Shown here: positions 1 to 12,394 of the stretch, piece after piece | Layout: each line of letters opens with the position of its first letter | Numbering within the stretch: position 1 is the first letter of the stretch | Source: Squalus acanthias | Lineage: Eukaryota | Direction of reading: 5' to 3' | Assembly: GCA_030390025.1 (NCBI GenBank) | Contig: JASTWF010000033.1 | Location: 2,420,001 to 2,484,000 of the forward strand | DNA length: 64,000 nucleotides | The notes under the pieces: model-generated | Database searches by the model: none | Seen by the model: only the letters and a program-made list of their open reading frames with translations | Told to the model about the DNA's origin: nothing | Translations under genes and position numbers: made by a program

Positions 1-283
1 AAGACATCACCGAAACAATATGAGGTCTAGAGATGGGTCTGGTGGTGTTTGAAACAACAATCCCATTGCTGGGAGAATACAGCTGGCAATTTTCATTAGT
101 TAATTCATGTGATCAGAAATGTCCGGTCTTTGGGGTTTTCAATTTCAATCTCAGCACGAAATATATTCCATCACAGCAGGGAATTAACTCGGCTGTCGTC
201 ATCTGTTTGTTCAAATGTTTTTTTTTTAAACAGTATTTTCAGCGATGTTGCTACCTCACTGTCCTCGTGGAGATGCCGCAGGG

Positions 284-293
284 TATATATGAA
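284..293 (+). promoter_or_regulatory. Candidate TATA box of the GPCR gene
   Basis: TATATATGAA ~85 nt upstream of the exon-1 ATG at 376. Confidence 0.35.
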
Positions 294-375
294 AGGCTCT
301 GGGAATGTCGCGCCTCAGAGTTTAATTCAGAGAGATTGCCTGCATCACGAAGAGACACATCGCTTCACACAGAAA

Positions 376-442
376 ATGCATCGACCAATTCAACATATGG
401 AGAAAATATGCTACATGATCATTGCCGTCATTGGTGTTCCTG
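376..442 (+). pseudogene. Exon 1 of GPR139-like class A GPCR (short N-terminus and start of TM1)
   Basis: MHRPIQHMEKICYMIIAVIGVP+G joins in phase 1 to TG-AAT at 11153, giving ...IGVPVNLLAIVIL. The donor reads GGCAGT rather than GT. Confidence 0.75.
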
Positions 443-761
443 GGCAGTGATTATAACCATTGAATTTGTGTAAATCTATGTGTGAGCTGGTCTCTGGTCT
501 GGCTCTGTGACTGATAATGTTACATCCTGATCTAGTAGTCACCGTTATACAGACACCCGATCAGTGATAACATTTCGTTCAGTGCAATGTCGTGAATTAC
601 TTCTGAAGTTTTATTCCATTGCCTCAACTGAAAGTAAAATTCTGTTTGTAACTCACGGGCTCGCTGTATTATGAAGTTATTGCTTTTAGTGAAATATTGT
701 GTACTTTTGAATCAGACCTCAGCAAAATCAACTCTGTGAGAGTAGGTATTAGTGGAAGGGA

Positions 762-1400
762 CTGTCACTGTAGAACGACTGAGTGTGGGTGACCAACTGG
801 GGTGGAACACCTCATCCCAGTGGCCATGTATTACTGGGAATATCTGTCACTGTAGAATTGTACTGAGTGTGGGTCACCAACTGCAGTGGAACACCTGACC
901 CCAGTGGCCATGTATTACTGGGATTGCCTGTCTTGTAGAACTGTACTGAGTGTGGGTCACTAACCGGAGTGGAACACCTGACCCCAGTGGCCATGTATTA
1001 CTGGGAGTATCTGTCACTGTAGAATTCTAGTGAGTGTGGGTCACCAACTGCAGTGGAACACCTGACCCCAGTGGCCATGTATTACTGGGAGTATCTGTCA
1101 CTGTAGAATTGTACTGAGTGTGGGTCACTAACCGGAGTGGAACACCTGACCCCAGTGGCCATGTATTACTGGGAGTATCTGTCACTGTAGAATTGTACTG
1201 AGTGTGGGTCACTAACCGGAGTGGAACACCTGACCCCAGTGGCCATGTATTACTGGGAGTATCTGTCACTGTAGAATTGTACTGAGTGTGGGTCACTAAC
1301 GGGAGTGCAACACCTGACCCCAGTGGCCATGTATTACTGGGAGTACCTGTCACTGTAGAACTGTCCTGCGTGTGGGTCACTAAACCGAGTGGAACACGTC
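762..1400. repeat. 84-bp tandem repeat, ~7.5 copies
   Basis: Unit GTATCTGTCACTGTAGAATTGTACTGAGTGTGGGTCAC...ATGTATTACTGGGA recurs at 1091, 1175, 1259. Confidence 0.95.
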
Positions 1401-1535
1401 GGTTCGAATTTGAAATTATTATTTGAGATAATTGATCTTTCCCCTTCATGGAGCTGCATTCGTGTTTTCTCAATGTAACCAACAGCAAAGGGGAAGATTT
1501 TTGCTGTTGGTTGAAAACGTTTGGTTATAAGCATA

Positions 1536-2030
1536 TGAGGCGCTGCAGCGAAGGTTCACCACATTGATTCCTGGGATGTGAGGGCTGTCCTATGATGAGA
1601 GATTGTGTAGAATGGGCCTATACTCTCTGCAGTTTAGAAGAATGCGAGGTGATCTCATTGAAACATACAAGATTCTGAAGGGAATTGCCAGGGTTCGATG
1701 CTGAGAGGTTGTTTCCCCTGGCTGAAGTGTCCAGAACTGGGTGGCATAGTCTCAGGATAAGGGGAAGTCCATTTAAGACTGAGATTAGAAGGATATTCTT
1801 CACTCAGAGGGTTGTGAATCTTTGGAATTATCTGCCCCAGAGGCCTGTGAAAGTATATTCAAGACTGAGATAGATAGATTTTTGGACTCCAGCGGAATCA
1901 AGGGATATAGAGATCGGGCAGGAAAGGGCTATTGAGGTCGATGATCAGCCATGATCTTCTTGATTGGCGTAGCTGGTTCGAGGGGCCGTATGGCCTACTC
2001 CTGCTTCTATTTCTTATGTTCTTATGCTCA
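1536..2030 (+). mobile_element. CR1 LINE 3' fragment
   Basis: ORF2 C-terminal remnant (FFTQRVVNLWN) and TTCTTATG repeat tail. Confidence 0.85.
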
Positions 2031-2629
2031 TATATAAGGTGAAATGTATTGATAAAGCTTTGTTTCCTATTGAACTGCACCAACAGAAACAGATCTTAAC
2101 TAATTACTGACAACTAAACAGCAGGAGAGCAGTGTTACAATATTCAAATCCTCCGTATAATGATGTATTCTTATTTTATGTATAGTTATTGTAAACAATT
2201 TAATTGTTTTGGTGCTGATTTATCCCCTTCCTGCAACATGGCCCTGAGAATCTCTGGGGCATGAGTGCTTAATTTCATTATGTTACCGTTAGACGGGATG
2301 AATATTGGGCTGTGGTCATTGATTATTCCACTGCTGTAACTGATTAAGCTTTGAAGAACCAGTTCTTATCTCTGATTCAGAGTCTCTACCTGCAACGAGC
2401 TCTGGCCTTAGCTCAGTGAGGTGAGTCCCTGCGAGGAGGGACACGCATAACTGATTAGAACACGCACATCAGGTTTTCATAATACAGAGATCAGTCCCGG
2501 GGGCAGTAAATAATAGCATTAATTCATCGATAATGATCAAATAAATAGTGCAATGCTTCAATAACTAACACACTTCAATGATTAAATGAACAGATCAATG
2601 TGATTAATTTGTTCAAGTTACGGAGAACT

Positions 2630-4570
2630 CCTTAGAATTTCCAGCACAAAACAGGCCATTCGGCCACACTAGGTTATGCCAGTGTTTATGCTCCACAGGA
2701 GCCTCCTCCCACCCCTCTTCATCTCACCCGATCAGCATAACCTTCCACTGCTTTCTACCTCGTGTACTTCTCTCGCTTCCCCTGAAATGCATCTCTGCTA
2801 TTCGCGTCAAGTACTCCAAGTTGTAGCGAGTTCCACATTCTAACCAATCTCTGAGTAAAGAAATTTCGCCTCAATTCCGTATTGGATTTATTAGTGACTC
2901 TCTTTTATCGATAATCTCCAATTTTGCACTCACGTCTCAAGTATAAACATCTACCCTATGTTAACACTTCAAAATTTAAAGACCTATATTCGGCCACCCC
3001 TCAGCATTCGCTTTTGTAAAGAAAGGAGTTCCAGCCTGTTCAATCATTCCTGATGGTTATAATGTCTCAGTTCTGGTGTCATCCTTGTAAATAAATTACA
3101 CTTTCTCCTGTGTCTTAATGGCCCAGAAATTGATCTCGCTCTGTTCCCGCGGGGGTAAGCCTTCCCCGCGTTGTCTCACCTCGCTTGTGCTTTTTCAGAT
3201 CCAGCTCGCACGAACTTGATGTTCTGGACAGCTGCTGGGCAGTGCTTGCGTATCCCACCGGCGTAGTGAATTCGTGCGAGCTGTGGGATCACGTGACTCA
3301 GTTAGAGCCAATGGCAGCACACCATCTTCCATTCATAAGTTTCACTACGTGCTGTAAAATCTATGAATCTTACACCCCCCCAAAATAACAGCTAAACCTC
3401 AATTAAATTAAAAAAAACCATCTCATTAATAAAATAAGTATAGTTAAATAAATTAACCATTTTAAATAAAAAATTAAATTTTTGAAAAAATTTAAAATCT
3501 TTTAAAAAGTTATAAAAATAAACTTACCTGTCTTTAAAGTCTCTAAAAAAGATATACCTGTAAAAAAAAATTCAAAAAAATACTTAATTCACTACTTACC
3601 TTGTTAAAAGTGGGTCTTACTCCTCCTTTTTACATTTCTAAAATCTTCAGTACTTACCTGCGCGTCCAAAGCATGAAGTGCACAGCGTGCGCGCAGCCTG
3701 TAGCGCGCACGCGATGCACCGAGGAACCGCCCCCTTTTCAAAAGAGCAATTGCCGGTTTTCAGCGCATGCGCAGGGCATGCAGAAAACCGGCAATTGCAG
3801 AGGGAACACTCTCGCGCACCGCGATGAATTTTTGGGCCAATATCCTTTATGTAATATGGAGATCAGAACTGAACACAGTACTCTCAGTGTGGTATAACCA
3901 AGGTTCTATATAAGTTTAAGCTAACCACCTTGCTTTACGATTCTATTCTTCTAGAAATGAACTCCAGTGCTTTGTTTCTATGTTTATGGCCTTGTTAACA
4001 TGCGTTGCTACTTTAAATGATTTATTAATCGGTACCCCTCTACCCCATTCCCGCTCTGATTTTCCAAGGAGTATTTGGGAACCTTTTTCTTCCTACCAAA
4101 ATGCTATACCTCTCACTCAGCTATATTGAAATAAATTTACCATTTAAACGCCCTTTCTGCAAGTTTATTAATGTCTTCAGGTATTGTGTTGCATTCTTCC
4201 TCTGCATGAACTCTATTCCCAATTTGGATTCATCTGCAAATTTTGAATTTGTGCTTCTGCTTCCCGAATCAATATCGTTTATGTAAATGATGAACAACAG
4301 TGGTCCCAACGCCGATCCTTGTGGAACATCACTTCTCACCATCCACCTATCTGAGTAAATAGCTTTATCCACTACTCCCTATTTTCTGCTCTTGCAGCCA
4401 TCTTGCTATCCATTCTGCTGCTTGTCTCCTAACTCCACCTGCTCTGTGATTCAGTCTGCTATGTGGTACCTTATCGAATGGCTTTAAAAAATCAAATATA
4501 TCTCCTGCATAACCCTTATCTAATCTTTCTGATACTTATTCAAATAATTCACTAAGGTTACTCAAGCAAG
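2630..4570 (-). mobile_element. Degraded CR1 LINE interrupted by a MITE
   Basis: VPQGSALGPLLFIIYIND and SKFAD RT motifs on the minus strand (4121..4372). Confidence 0.75.
3120..3838. mobile_element. Non-autonomous DNA transposon (PIF/Harbinger-like MITE)
   Basis: TIRs GGCCCAGAAATT / AATTTTTGGGCC, 3-bp TSD AAT (3117-19, 3839-41), AT-rich core. Confidence 0.75.
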
Positions 4571-4574
4571 ACAT

Positions 4575-5315
4575 TCCAAAGGGTGTGCAGGAACAGATGG
4601 ACCCGGGGGTACATGTACAAAATCGATGAAGGTGGCAGGGCAGGTTGAGAAAGTGGTTAATAATGCTTACGGGAATCTGAGCTTTATAAATAGAGGAATA
4701 GAATACAAAAGCGAGGAAGTTATGATAAACATTTATAAAACATTGGTTAGGCCACAACTGGAGTATAGTTTCCAATTCTGGGCTCCGCACTTTAAGAAGG
4801 GGATGAAAGCTTTAGAGAGGGTGCAGAAAAGATTCACAAGAATGTTTCCAGGGATGAGGGACTTCAGTTACATAGTTATACTAGCGAAGCTGGGGTTGTT
4901 CTCATTAGAGCAGAGAAGATTGGGAGGAGATTTGATAGAGGTGATCAAAATCATGAGGGGTCTAGACAGTGTAGACAGAGTAGATAGAGAGAAGCTGTTC
5001 CCATTGGTGGAATGGTCGAGAAACAGAGGATACAGGTTTTAGGTGATGCGCTGAAGATCCAAAGGCGACATGAAGAAAATCTTTTTAAGGCAGTGAGTGG
5101 TTATGATCTGGAATGCACTGTTTGAATGGGTGGTGGAGGCAGATTCAATCGTGGCTTTCAAAAGAGAATGGGATATGTACCTGAAGGAAAATAATTGCAG
5201 GGCTATGGCGAAAGGGCGGGGGATTGGGATTAGCTGCAGTGCATGTGCAGAGAGTGAGCTCGGGATCGACGGGCCCGGATGGCCTCCTTCTGTGCAGTAA
5301 CCATTCTATGATTGC
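4575..5315 (+). mobile_element. CR1 LINE 3' fragment
   Basis: YKTLVRPQLEY...LERVQKRFTRM...RRLGGDLIEV ORF2 C-terminus. Confidence 0.85.
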
Positions 5316-5489
5316 CTTTTGGAATACCTGCTGAATACTCGTTATTATATTTTTGTTTCTAGATGTTTTTCTGTTACATTTTTGAGTAAGGATTCCATTA
5401 TATTTCCTAGCATCGACGTTTTTCTAACTGGTCTGTAGATCTTTGGAATTGTTCTGTCTTCCATTTTAAATACAGGAATAACATGTAAA

Positions 5490-7320
5490 TGGTGAAACAC
5501 AGTGGTCTTCCCATCACTTCCTTGACTTCTCGATCTCCATTTCAGGGGTTAGGCTGTCCACCAATATCTACTATGATCCCACCAACTCCCACAGGAATCT
5601 TGAGTAGACTTCCTCCCACCCAGCTTCCTGGACGGGCTCTATTCTATTCTCAAAGTTTCTCCGCCACCGTTGCATATGTTCTGACGATGCCACCTTGCAC
5701 ATCAGTGCTTCCGAAATCTCTTCATATTTTCTCAGCCGAGTATTCACCTCCATTGTGATTGACAGGGCCCTCGACCGTGTCAATCCTGCATTGCTCCCGT
5801 CACCACTTGCCCTCCCGGCTAGAACCCAGATAGGGTTTCCTTTGTCCTCAGCTTCCAGTGCACCAGCCTTCACATTCAACGGATTATCCTCTGCCATTTC
5901 CGCCATGTCCAGCTAAGGCCACCAACAAACATATCATCCCCTGACCTCCCATCCCCCGGCTCTCGCAACACCCTGATCCACTCTTCCGTCACCCCTAACA
6001 TCTGCAACCCTTCCCTGGCACCTTCCTATGCAAGTGCAGGAGATGCAACGGCTGCCATTTCCCCCTTTTCCATCGCAAGAGCCAGGGCCCCAAACAGTCC
6101 ATCCACGTGAAGACTAATTTACTTGTACTTCTTCCAATTCAGTATATCGTATTCGCTGCCCACGATCCAGTCTCCTGTACATTGGGTGGACTAAACGCAG
6201 ATTGAGTAATTGCTTCGCTGAACGCCTCCGTTCAGTCCGCAAGTGTGATCCTGAGCTTCAGGTCACTTGCCACTTTAATTCTACACTCCCACTCCCACTC
6301 TGAACTCACTGTTCTCGGCATCCTGCACTATTCCCCTTTTAAACTCAATGAGGAACAGCACCGTATTTTTCGGTTAGGCAGTTTATTGCCTTCTGGACAC
6401 AACACTAAGTATAAATGCTTCAGATCATAACCTCCGCTCCCGTTTTCTCGAACGACATGCGCTGCAATGGAAGATGGTTCCACAGAGCCACTGGGAGTGG
6501 AGGAGCTGTGGGCTGGGGTTTTGTGGTGTCCAACCCGGTACACAGCTAGCGGACTGGTCCAAACATCTGGGGTGTACCCAGCTTTTTTTTTAATTCCTTC
6601 TTGGGATGTGGGCTTCGCTGGCAAGAACGACATTTATTGCCCATCCCTAATTGCCCTCGAGAAGGTGGGCTATTTCAGAGGGCAGTTAAGACTCAATCAC
6701 ATTGCTGTGGGTCTGGAGACACATATAGGCCAGACCGGGTAAGGACGGCAGATTTCCTTCCTCTAAAGGGCATAAGTGAACCAGATGTGTTTTTACGACA
6801 ATCCGCCAGTTTTATTGTCACCATTACTAATACTAGTTTTTAAATTCCAGATTATTTTAATTGAATTTAAATTCCACAACTGCTTGTGGTGGGATTTGAA
6901 CTCTCGTCTCGTATTATTAGTCTAAGCCGCGGGATTACTAGTCCAGTAACATAGCCACTATGCTACCGTACCCGCATCTCTGCCACATGTGCCCTACTAC
7001 CCCTCCCCCTTGTGATTCTGCTGTAACCATTTACACCTCCTCTAGACCCATCTTCTGTTTCTTTAATTGACCCATTCGCCTTGCACCATTATCCCTTTTT
7101 TCATTGAATCACTCCTGCCCTCCAGCCAATCATAGACTTTGTTCTTTCATTATGCAACCGCACTTTTCTCTGACTCTATCATTGCTTTAATACTATTAAT
7201 CTCTGATATCTTACAGTTCTGATGAAAGGTCATCGACCTCAAATGTTAACTCTGTTTCTATCTGCAAAGATGCTGCCTGACCCGCTGAGGGTTTTCAGCA
7301 TTGTTTTTCTTAATTAAATT
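5490..7320 (+). mobile_element. Degraded Penelope-like element interrupted by a SINE
   Basis: GIY-YIG remnant VYRIRC...LLYIGWTKRRL (~6140-6210); 3' region has a hammerhead-like remnant CTGATGA-AAGGTCATCGACCT at ~7219. Confidence 0.65.
6583..6975 (-). mobile_element. tRNA-derived SINE (DeuSINE/SacSINE1-like)
   Basis: Minus strand has A box TAGCATAGTGG and B box GTTCAAATCC at the head, and a LINE-like tail ending in poly(A). Confidence 0.65.
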
Positions 7321-10040
7321 AAAGCTACTATTAAGTCAAAGGAGGAAGCTTATAAAGTTGCCAGAAAAAGCGGTCAGCCTGAGTAATGGGATCTTTTTAG
7401 AAATCAGCTAAGGGGGACCAAGAAATTGGTAAAGAAAGGGGAAATGGAATACGAGCACAAACTAGCGAAAAATATATAAACGGATTGTTAAAGCTTCTAT
7501 AGGTATGTGAAACATAGAAACATAGAAGATAGGAGCAGGAGTAGGCCATTCGGCCCCTGTAGCCTGCTCCGCCATTCAATGCGATCATGGCTGATCATCC
7601 AAATTCATAACCCTGTCCCTGCTTTCTCCCCATATCCCTTGATCCCTTTGGCCTTAAGAAATATATCCAACTCCTTCTTGAATATATTTAATTTATTGGC
7701 CTCTACTGCCTTCTATGGTAGAGAATTCCACAGGTTCACCAATCTCTGGGTAAAGAAATTCCTCCTCATTTCTGTCTTAAATGGCTTACCCCTTATCCTT
7801 AGACTGTGACCACTGGCTCTGGACTCTCCGACCATCGGGAACATCCTTCCTGCATCTAGTCTGTCCAGGCCTGTCAGAATGTTATAAGTTTCAATGAGAT
7901 CCCCTCTCATTCCTCTAAACTCCAGCGAGTATAAGCCCAATCGACCCAATCTCTCATCATACGTCATCCCGGCCATCCCAGGTATCAGCCTGGTGAATCT
8001 TCGCTGAACTCCTTGCATGGCACGAACATCCTTCCTCAGATAAGGCGACCAAAACTGCACACAATACTCAAGATGTGATCTCACCAAGGCGCTGTACAAC
8101 TGCAGCAAGACATCCATGTTCCTGTACTCAAACCCTCTCGCTACGAAGGCCAACATACCATTTGCCTTCTTAACCGCCTGCTGCACCTGCATGCTTACCT
8201 TCAGCGACTGTGCACAAGGACTCCCAGGTCTCGTTGCACTGGCGAAGATAAATGTAGATCCGTTACAGTCAGAGACGGGAGAATTTATAATGGGGAATGA
8301 GGAAATGACAGAAAAATTAAATAAATACTTTGTTTCTGTCTTCACGGAGGAAGGCAGAAAGAACCTCCTAGAAATACGAGAAAACCAAGGGTGTGGCGAG
8401 AATGAGGAACTTAAAGAAATTATTATTACTAAAAAAACAGGACTAGCAAAATTAATGAGACAGAAAGTTGATAAATCTCAAGGACAGGATGACCTAAATC
8501 CTAGGTTTTGAAAGAGGTGGCCATTGGGATAGTGGACGCATTGTTTGTCATCTTCCAAAATTCTATAGATTCTGGAAGATTGGAGGAGAGCAAAGTAACC
8601 CCGCTCTTTAAGAAAGGAGGGAGAGAGAAATCGGGGAACAACAGACCTGTTAGTCTCGCATCAGTAGTTGCGAAAATGCTGGAATCTATTATAAAGGATG
8701 CAATAACTGGGCACTTAGAAACTAATAGTAAGATTGGGCAGAGTTAACATGGATTTATTAAAAGGAAGTCCTTTTTGACAAACCTATTGGATTTCTTTGA
8801 GGATGTAACTAGTGGAGTAGACAAAGGGGAACTGATGTGGTGTATTTCGATTTTCAGACGGCCTTCGATAAGGTCCCACACAAGGGGCTGGGGAACAAAA
8901 TTACGGCACATGGACTTGGGGGTAATGTACTAGCATGGATTGATAATTGGTTAACAGACAGAAAACAAAGAGTAGGGATACACGGGTCTTTTTCAGGATG
9001 GCAGGCTGTGACTAATGGGGTACCGCAAGGATTGGTGCTTGGGCCTCAGCTATTCACAATCTATATCAATGATTTGGATGAGGGGACTTAATGTAACATT
9101 TACAAATTTGCTGATGACACAAATTTCGGTGGCAGTGTCAGTTGCGAAATGGATGTGAAGAGTCTTCAAGGGGATCTCGAGAGGCTCAGTGAGTGGGCGA
9201 GGTCATGGCAGATGGAATATAATGTGGATAAGTGTGAAGTTATCCACTTTGGTAGAAAAAACAGAAAGATAGTGTATTTCCTAAATGGTGAATGATTGGG
9301 GAATGCAGATGCTCAAAGGGGGCTGGATGTCCTTGTACATGAATTACTGAAAGTGAATTTGCAGGTGCAGCAAGCCATTAGAAAGGCAAATGGTATGCTG
9401 GCCTTCATTACAAGAGGATTTGAGAATAGGAGTAAAGAAGTCTTACTCCAATTCTAAAGGGGCCTTGGTGAGACCACACCTGGATTACTGTGTACAATTT
9501 TGGTCTCCTTACATAAGGAAGGTTATACTTGCCACAGAGGAAGTGCAACGAAGGTTCACGAGATTGATTCCTGGGATGGCGGGACTGTCGTATGAGAAGA
9601 GATTGAGTAAACTAGGCCTGTATTCTCTTGAATTCAGAAGAAAGAGAAGGGATCTCATTGAAGCATACAAAATTATTGCAGGGCTTGATAGGGTGGATAC
9701 TCGGAGAATGTTTCCCTTGGCTGGGGAGTCTAGAACCAGGGGCCACAGCCTCTGGATAAAGGGTAGGCCATTCAGGACTAAGATGAGAAGACATTTCTTC
9801 AAACAGAGGGTGGTGAATCTTTGCAATTCTCTACCCCAGAGGGCTGTGGAGGCTCAGTCATTGGGTATATTCAAAATAGAAGTCGATAGATTTCTGACTA
9901 GTAAGGGCATCAAGGGATTTGACAATTGTGCCGGTGAATGGAATTGAGGCAGAAGATCAGCCATAATCTGATTGAATTGCAGAGCTGGCTCGAAGGGCGG
10001 AACGGCCGACTCCTGCTCCGATTACTTATGTTCTTATGTT
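7320..10040 (+). mobile_element. CR1 LINE ORF2 (RT region to 3' tail), with a nested antisense CR1
   Basis: [35 protein letters not shown] and KFADD motifs; TTCTTATG tail at ~10025-10040. Confidence 0.9.
7512..8238 (-). mobile_element. Nested CR1 3' fragment
   Basis: ORF 7713..8345(-) carries the CR1 ORF2 C-terminus; AAACATAG tail at ~7512. Confidence 0.85.
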
Positions 10041-10090
10041 CTTAACCGATTTACAGCAGCCTCAGTATTTTGCATTTGGTCATATACTTC

Positions 10091-11079
10091 CGCCTGGATA
10101 TTAACAGAGGCGGGTTATATACGATGGCCGGTTGGTACGGGGTGGATACAGAATATCAGACAGGACACCTGGAAGTCCAGGTATTCCAGGACGTTGGCGT
10201 GACTTAACTCCACAGCGTACGTCATTTGTCTTTGACTGGTTCCCCACCCGGGAAGTCAGCCTGATTGACAGTCGGGCTGCCAGTCAGACAGGGTGGGGGG
10301 ACTCCGGGTCAGGACCAGGTAGGTCAGATGGAGGAAACTGGGTTGGATGGGGCCGTCTGATCCCGCGGTGTGTCCCATCAGGGACTCGGGGGTTTGACCA
10401 GTCCAGGAGGTTTAACCGGTCCCGGGGTATTACCGGTCCCGGGGATTTGACCATTCCCGGGGGTTTGACCGGTCCCGGGGGTGTGACCGGTCCCGGGGGG
10501 TTTGATTGGTCCCGGGGGTTTGACTGGTCCCGGGGGTGTGACTGGTCCCGGGGGGTTTGACTGGTCCCGGGGGTTTGACTGGTCCCGGGGGGTTTGACTG
10601 GTCCCGGGGGTTTGACCGGTCCCGGGGGTTTGACCAGTCCTGGGGGTTTGAGCGGTCCCGGGGGGTTTGACCGGTCCCGGGGGGTTTAACCGGTCCCGGT
10701 GGTTCGACCGCTCCCGGGTGTTTGTCCAATCCCCAGTCTTAGGGATGTCCGAACCCGACCCCAGGATTCTATCCTTGAGGTGCTCGGGCAGTGGGTAGAG
10801 CTTGCGGGGTGGGGCTGACATCATTCCCGAGGCCCAGGAAGCTCGGCCGGTCGTAGTTAAACCTGTGAACAGGTTAAATCAGAGGCTGCCCGCCTCGTTA
10901 AAATATTTAACTTGCCAACCCGCCTCCTGGGAGCGGTTCGCTGCCCGCACCCTCTCCCGTCTCCGTTAAAATCGGAAGCGGGCGGGTTGGAGGCGGGTTG
11001 GGTTCGGGAGAATATTGTTCAATTTTCACCTCTGACCCGAACTCAACCCGCCGGTTTTTGCGGTGTTAAAATCCAGCCC
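10091..11079. mobile_element. GC-rich MITE-like element with internal ~19-20-bp tandem repeat
   Basis: Imperfect TIRs CGCCTGGATATTAACA / TGTTAAAATCCAGCCC; internal GGTCCCGGGGGTTTGACC array at ~10380-10720; no clear TSD. Confidence 0.55.
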
Positions 11080-11152
11080 GACTGCCTGGGTTTAGACACC
11101 GAGAATGTTTGATCAGTAATTTCCAGTCTCTTTTCCCTTTTGTGTTTTACAG

Positions 11153-12133
11153 TGAATTTGCTGGCGATTGTGATCCTGTCCCGGGGAAAGTGCGGGCTCT
11201 CCACGTGCACCACTCGTTACCTGGTGGGCATGGCAGCGGCGGATCTCCTGGCCATTGTCATTGAGGTCATACTGAGGAGGATCAGAATGTATTATTTCCC
11301 ATGGTCTTTCCTGGGCATCACCCCTGTGTGTAGTGTTCTCGTTGTCCTGTCCTGTGCAGCCACAGACTGTTCTGTCTGGTTCACCGTCACTTTCACCTTT
11401 GATCGATTTGTGGCCATTTGTTGCCAGAAGCTGAAAACTAAATATTGCACCGAGAAAACTGCGGCTGTGGTTCTGGCAACAAGCTGCATTCTGCTCTCTT
11501 TAAAAAAACGTTCCATTCTACGTTATATATCAACCCAGGAGGATAATCGACAATGTGCCGTGGTTCTGTGCCGCAATCCCGAGCTTTCGTACTGAGCCCG
11601 GGTGGGTGGGATTTGACTGGCTTAATACGGTTTTAACCCCATTGCTCCCATTCGCTTTAATTCTGTTGCTCAACGCTCTGACAGTCAGACACATTTTTGT
11701 GGCCAGTCGGGTCCGTAAGGGACTGAGGGGTGAGAGCAAGGGAGAGAATGGCAGAGACCCAGAGATGGAGAGCAGAAGGAAGTCTGTGATTTTACTCTTC
11801 ACCATTTCAGCCAGCTTCATACTGCTGTGGCTGGTTTATGTTTTAGTTTTCTTATATTATACCATTACAGGAACCATTTATTACACTGATTCATTACTTA
11901 TCTTTCAACGAGTCGGATTTATGCTGCGGAATTTAAATTGCTGCACAAACACATTTATTTATGGGGTGACCCAGTCCAAGTTCAGAGAGCAGGTGAAGAG
12001 GGCGGTGAAATATCCGCTTACCACAATTATTCAATTCATTAATAATCAGAAACAACTAAGTGCAGCCCAGAGGCGGATCCCAGTGTTTCCAGCCCAGGAA
12101 TGTAAAATTCAGCCCCAGACTGCCATCCACTGA
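11153..12133 (+). pseudogene. Exon 2 of GPR139/GPR142-like 7TM receptor, frameshifted
   Basis: Polypyrimidine+ACAG acceptor at 11151-52. Motifs MAAADL (TM2), FTFDRFVAIC (DRY-like), LTPLLPF (TM5), NCCTNTFIY (NPxxY-like). A7 run at 11502-11508 shifts the frame between ORFs 11140..11595 and 11555..12133. Confidence 0.85.
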
Positions 12134-12394
12134 ATTACACCAGCAATCGCTCCAGATCTGAAGATACAGCCAACGGCGGGGCGAGCACTGTGTTTAGGAC
12201 TCGGCACTGTTTCTGACTGACATTTCCCACATTGTCTTTCGGGACAAGAGCACTAGTTTACTGCTTTCACTCTGAGCTCTTCTGCAAAGAGTCCCTGCAG
12301 CTATTGAGGGCAGCAATTCATTCGCAGCTTCCAGAGTAAGAGCCTGGTCAGTAGGTAGGCAGACAGAGCTGAGCTGCAGTTCAGAGGATTATAT

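Noticed and set aside
762..1400. CRISPR-like appearance or 28-aa repeat protein
   Set aside because: Head-to-tail units with no unique spacers, eukaryotic context, no cas genes; the ORF arises because 84 is a multiple of 3.
6880..6975. tRNA gene
   Set aside because: A and B boxes belong to a SINE head; no complete cloverleaf.
10132..10824. Collagen/Pro-Gly-like ORFs
   Set aside because: Translations of a ~19-20-bp tandem repeat inside a MITE-like element.
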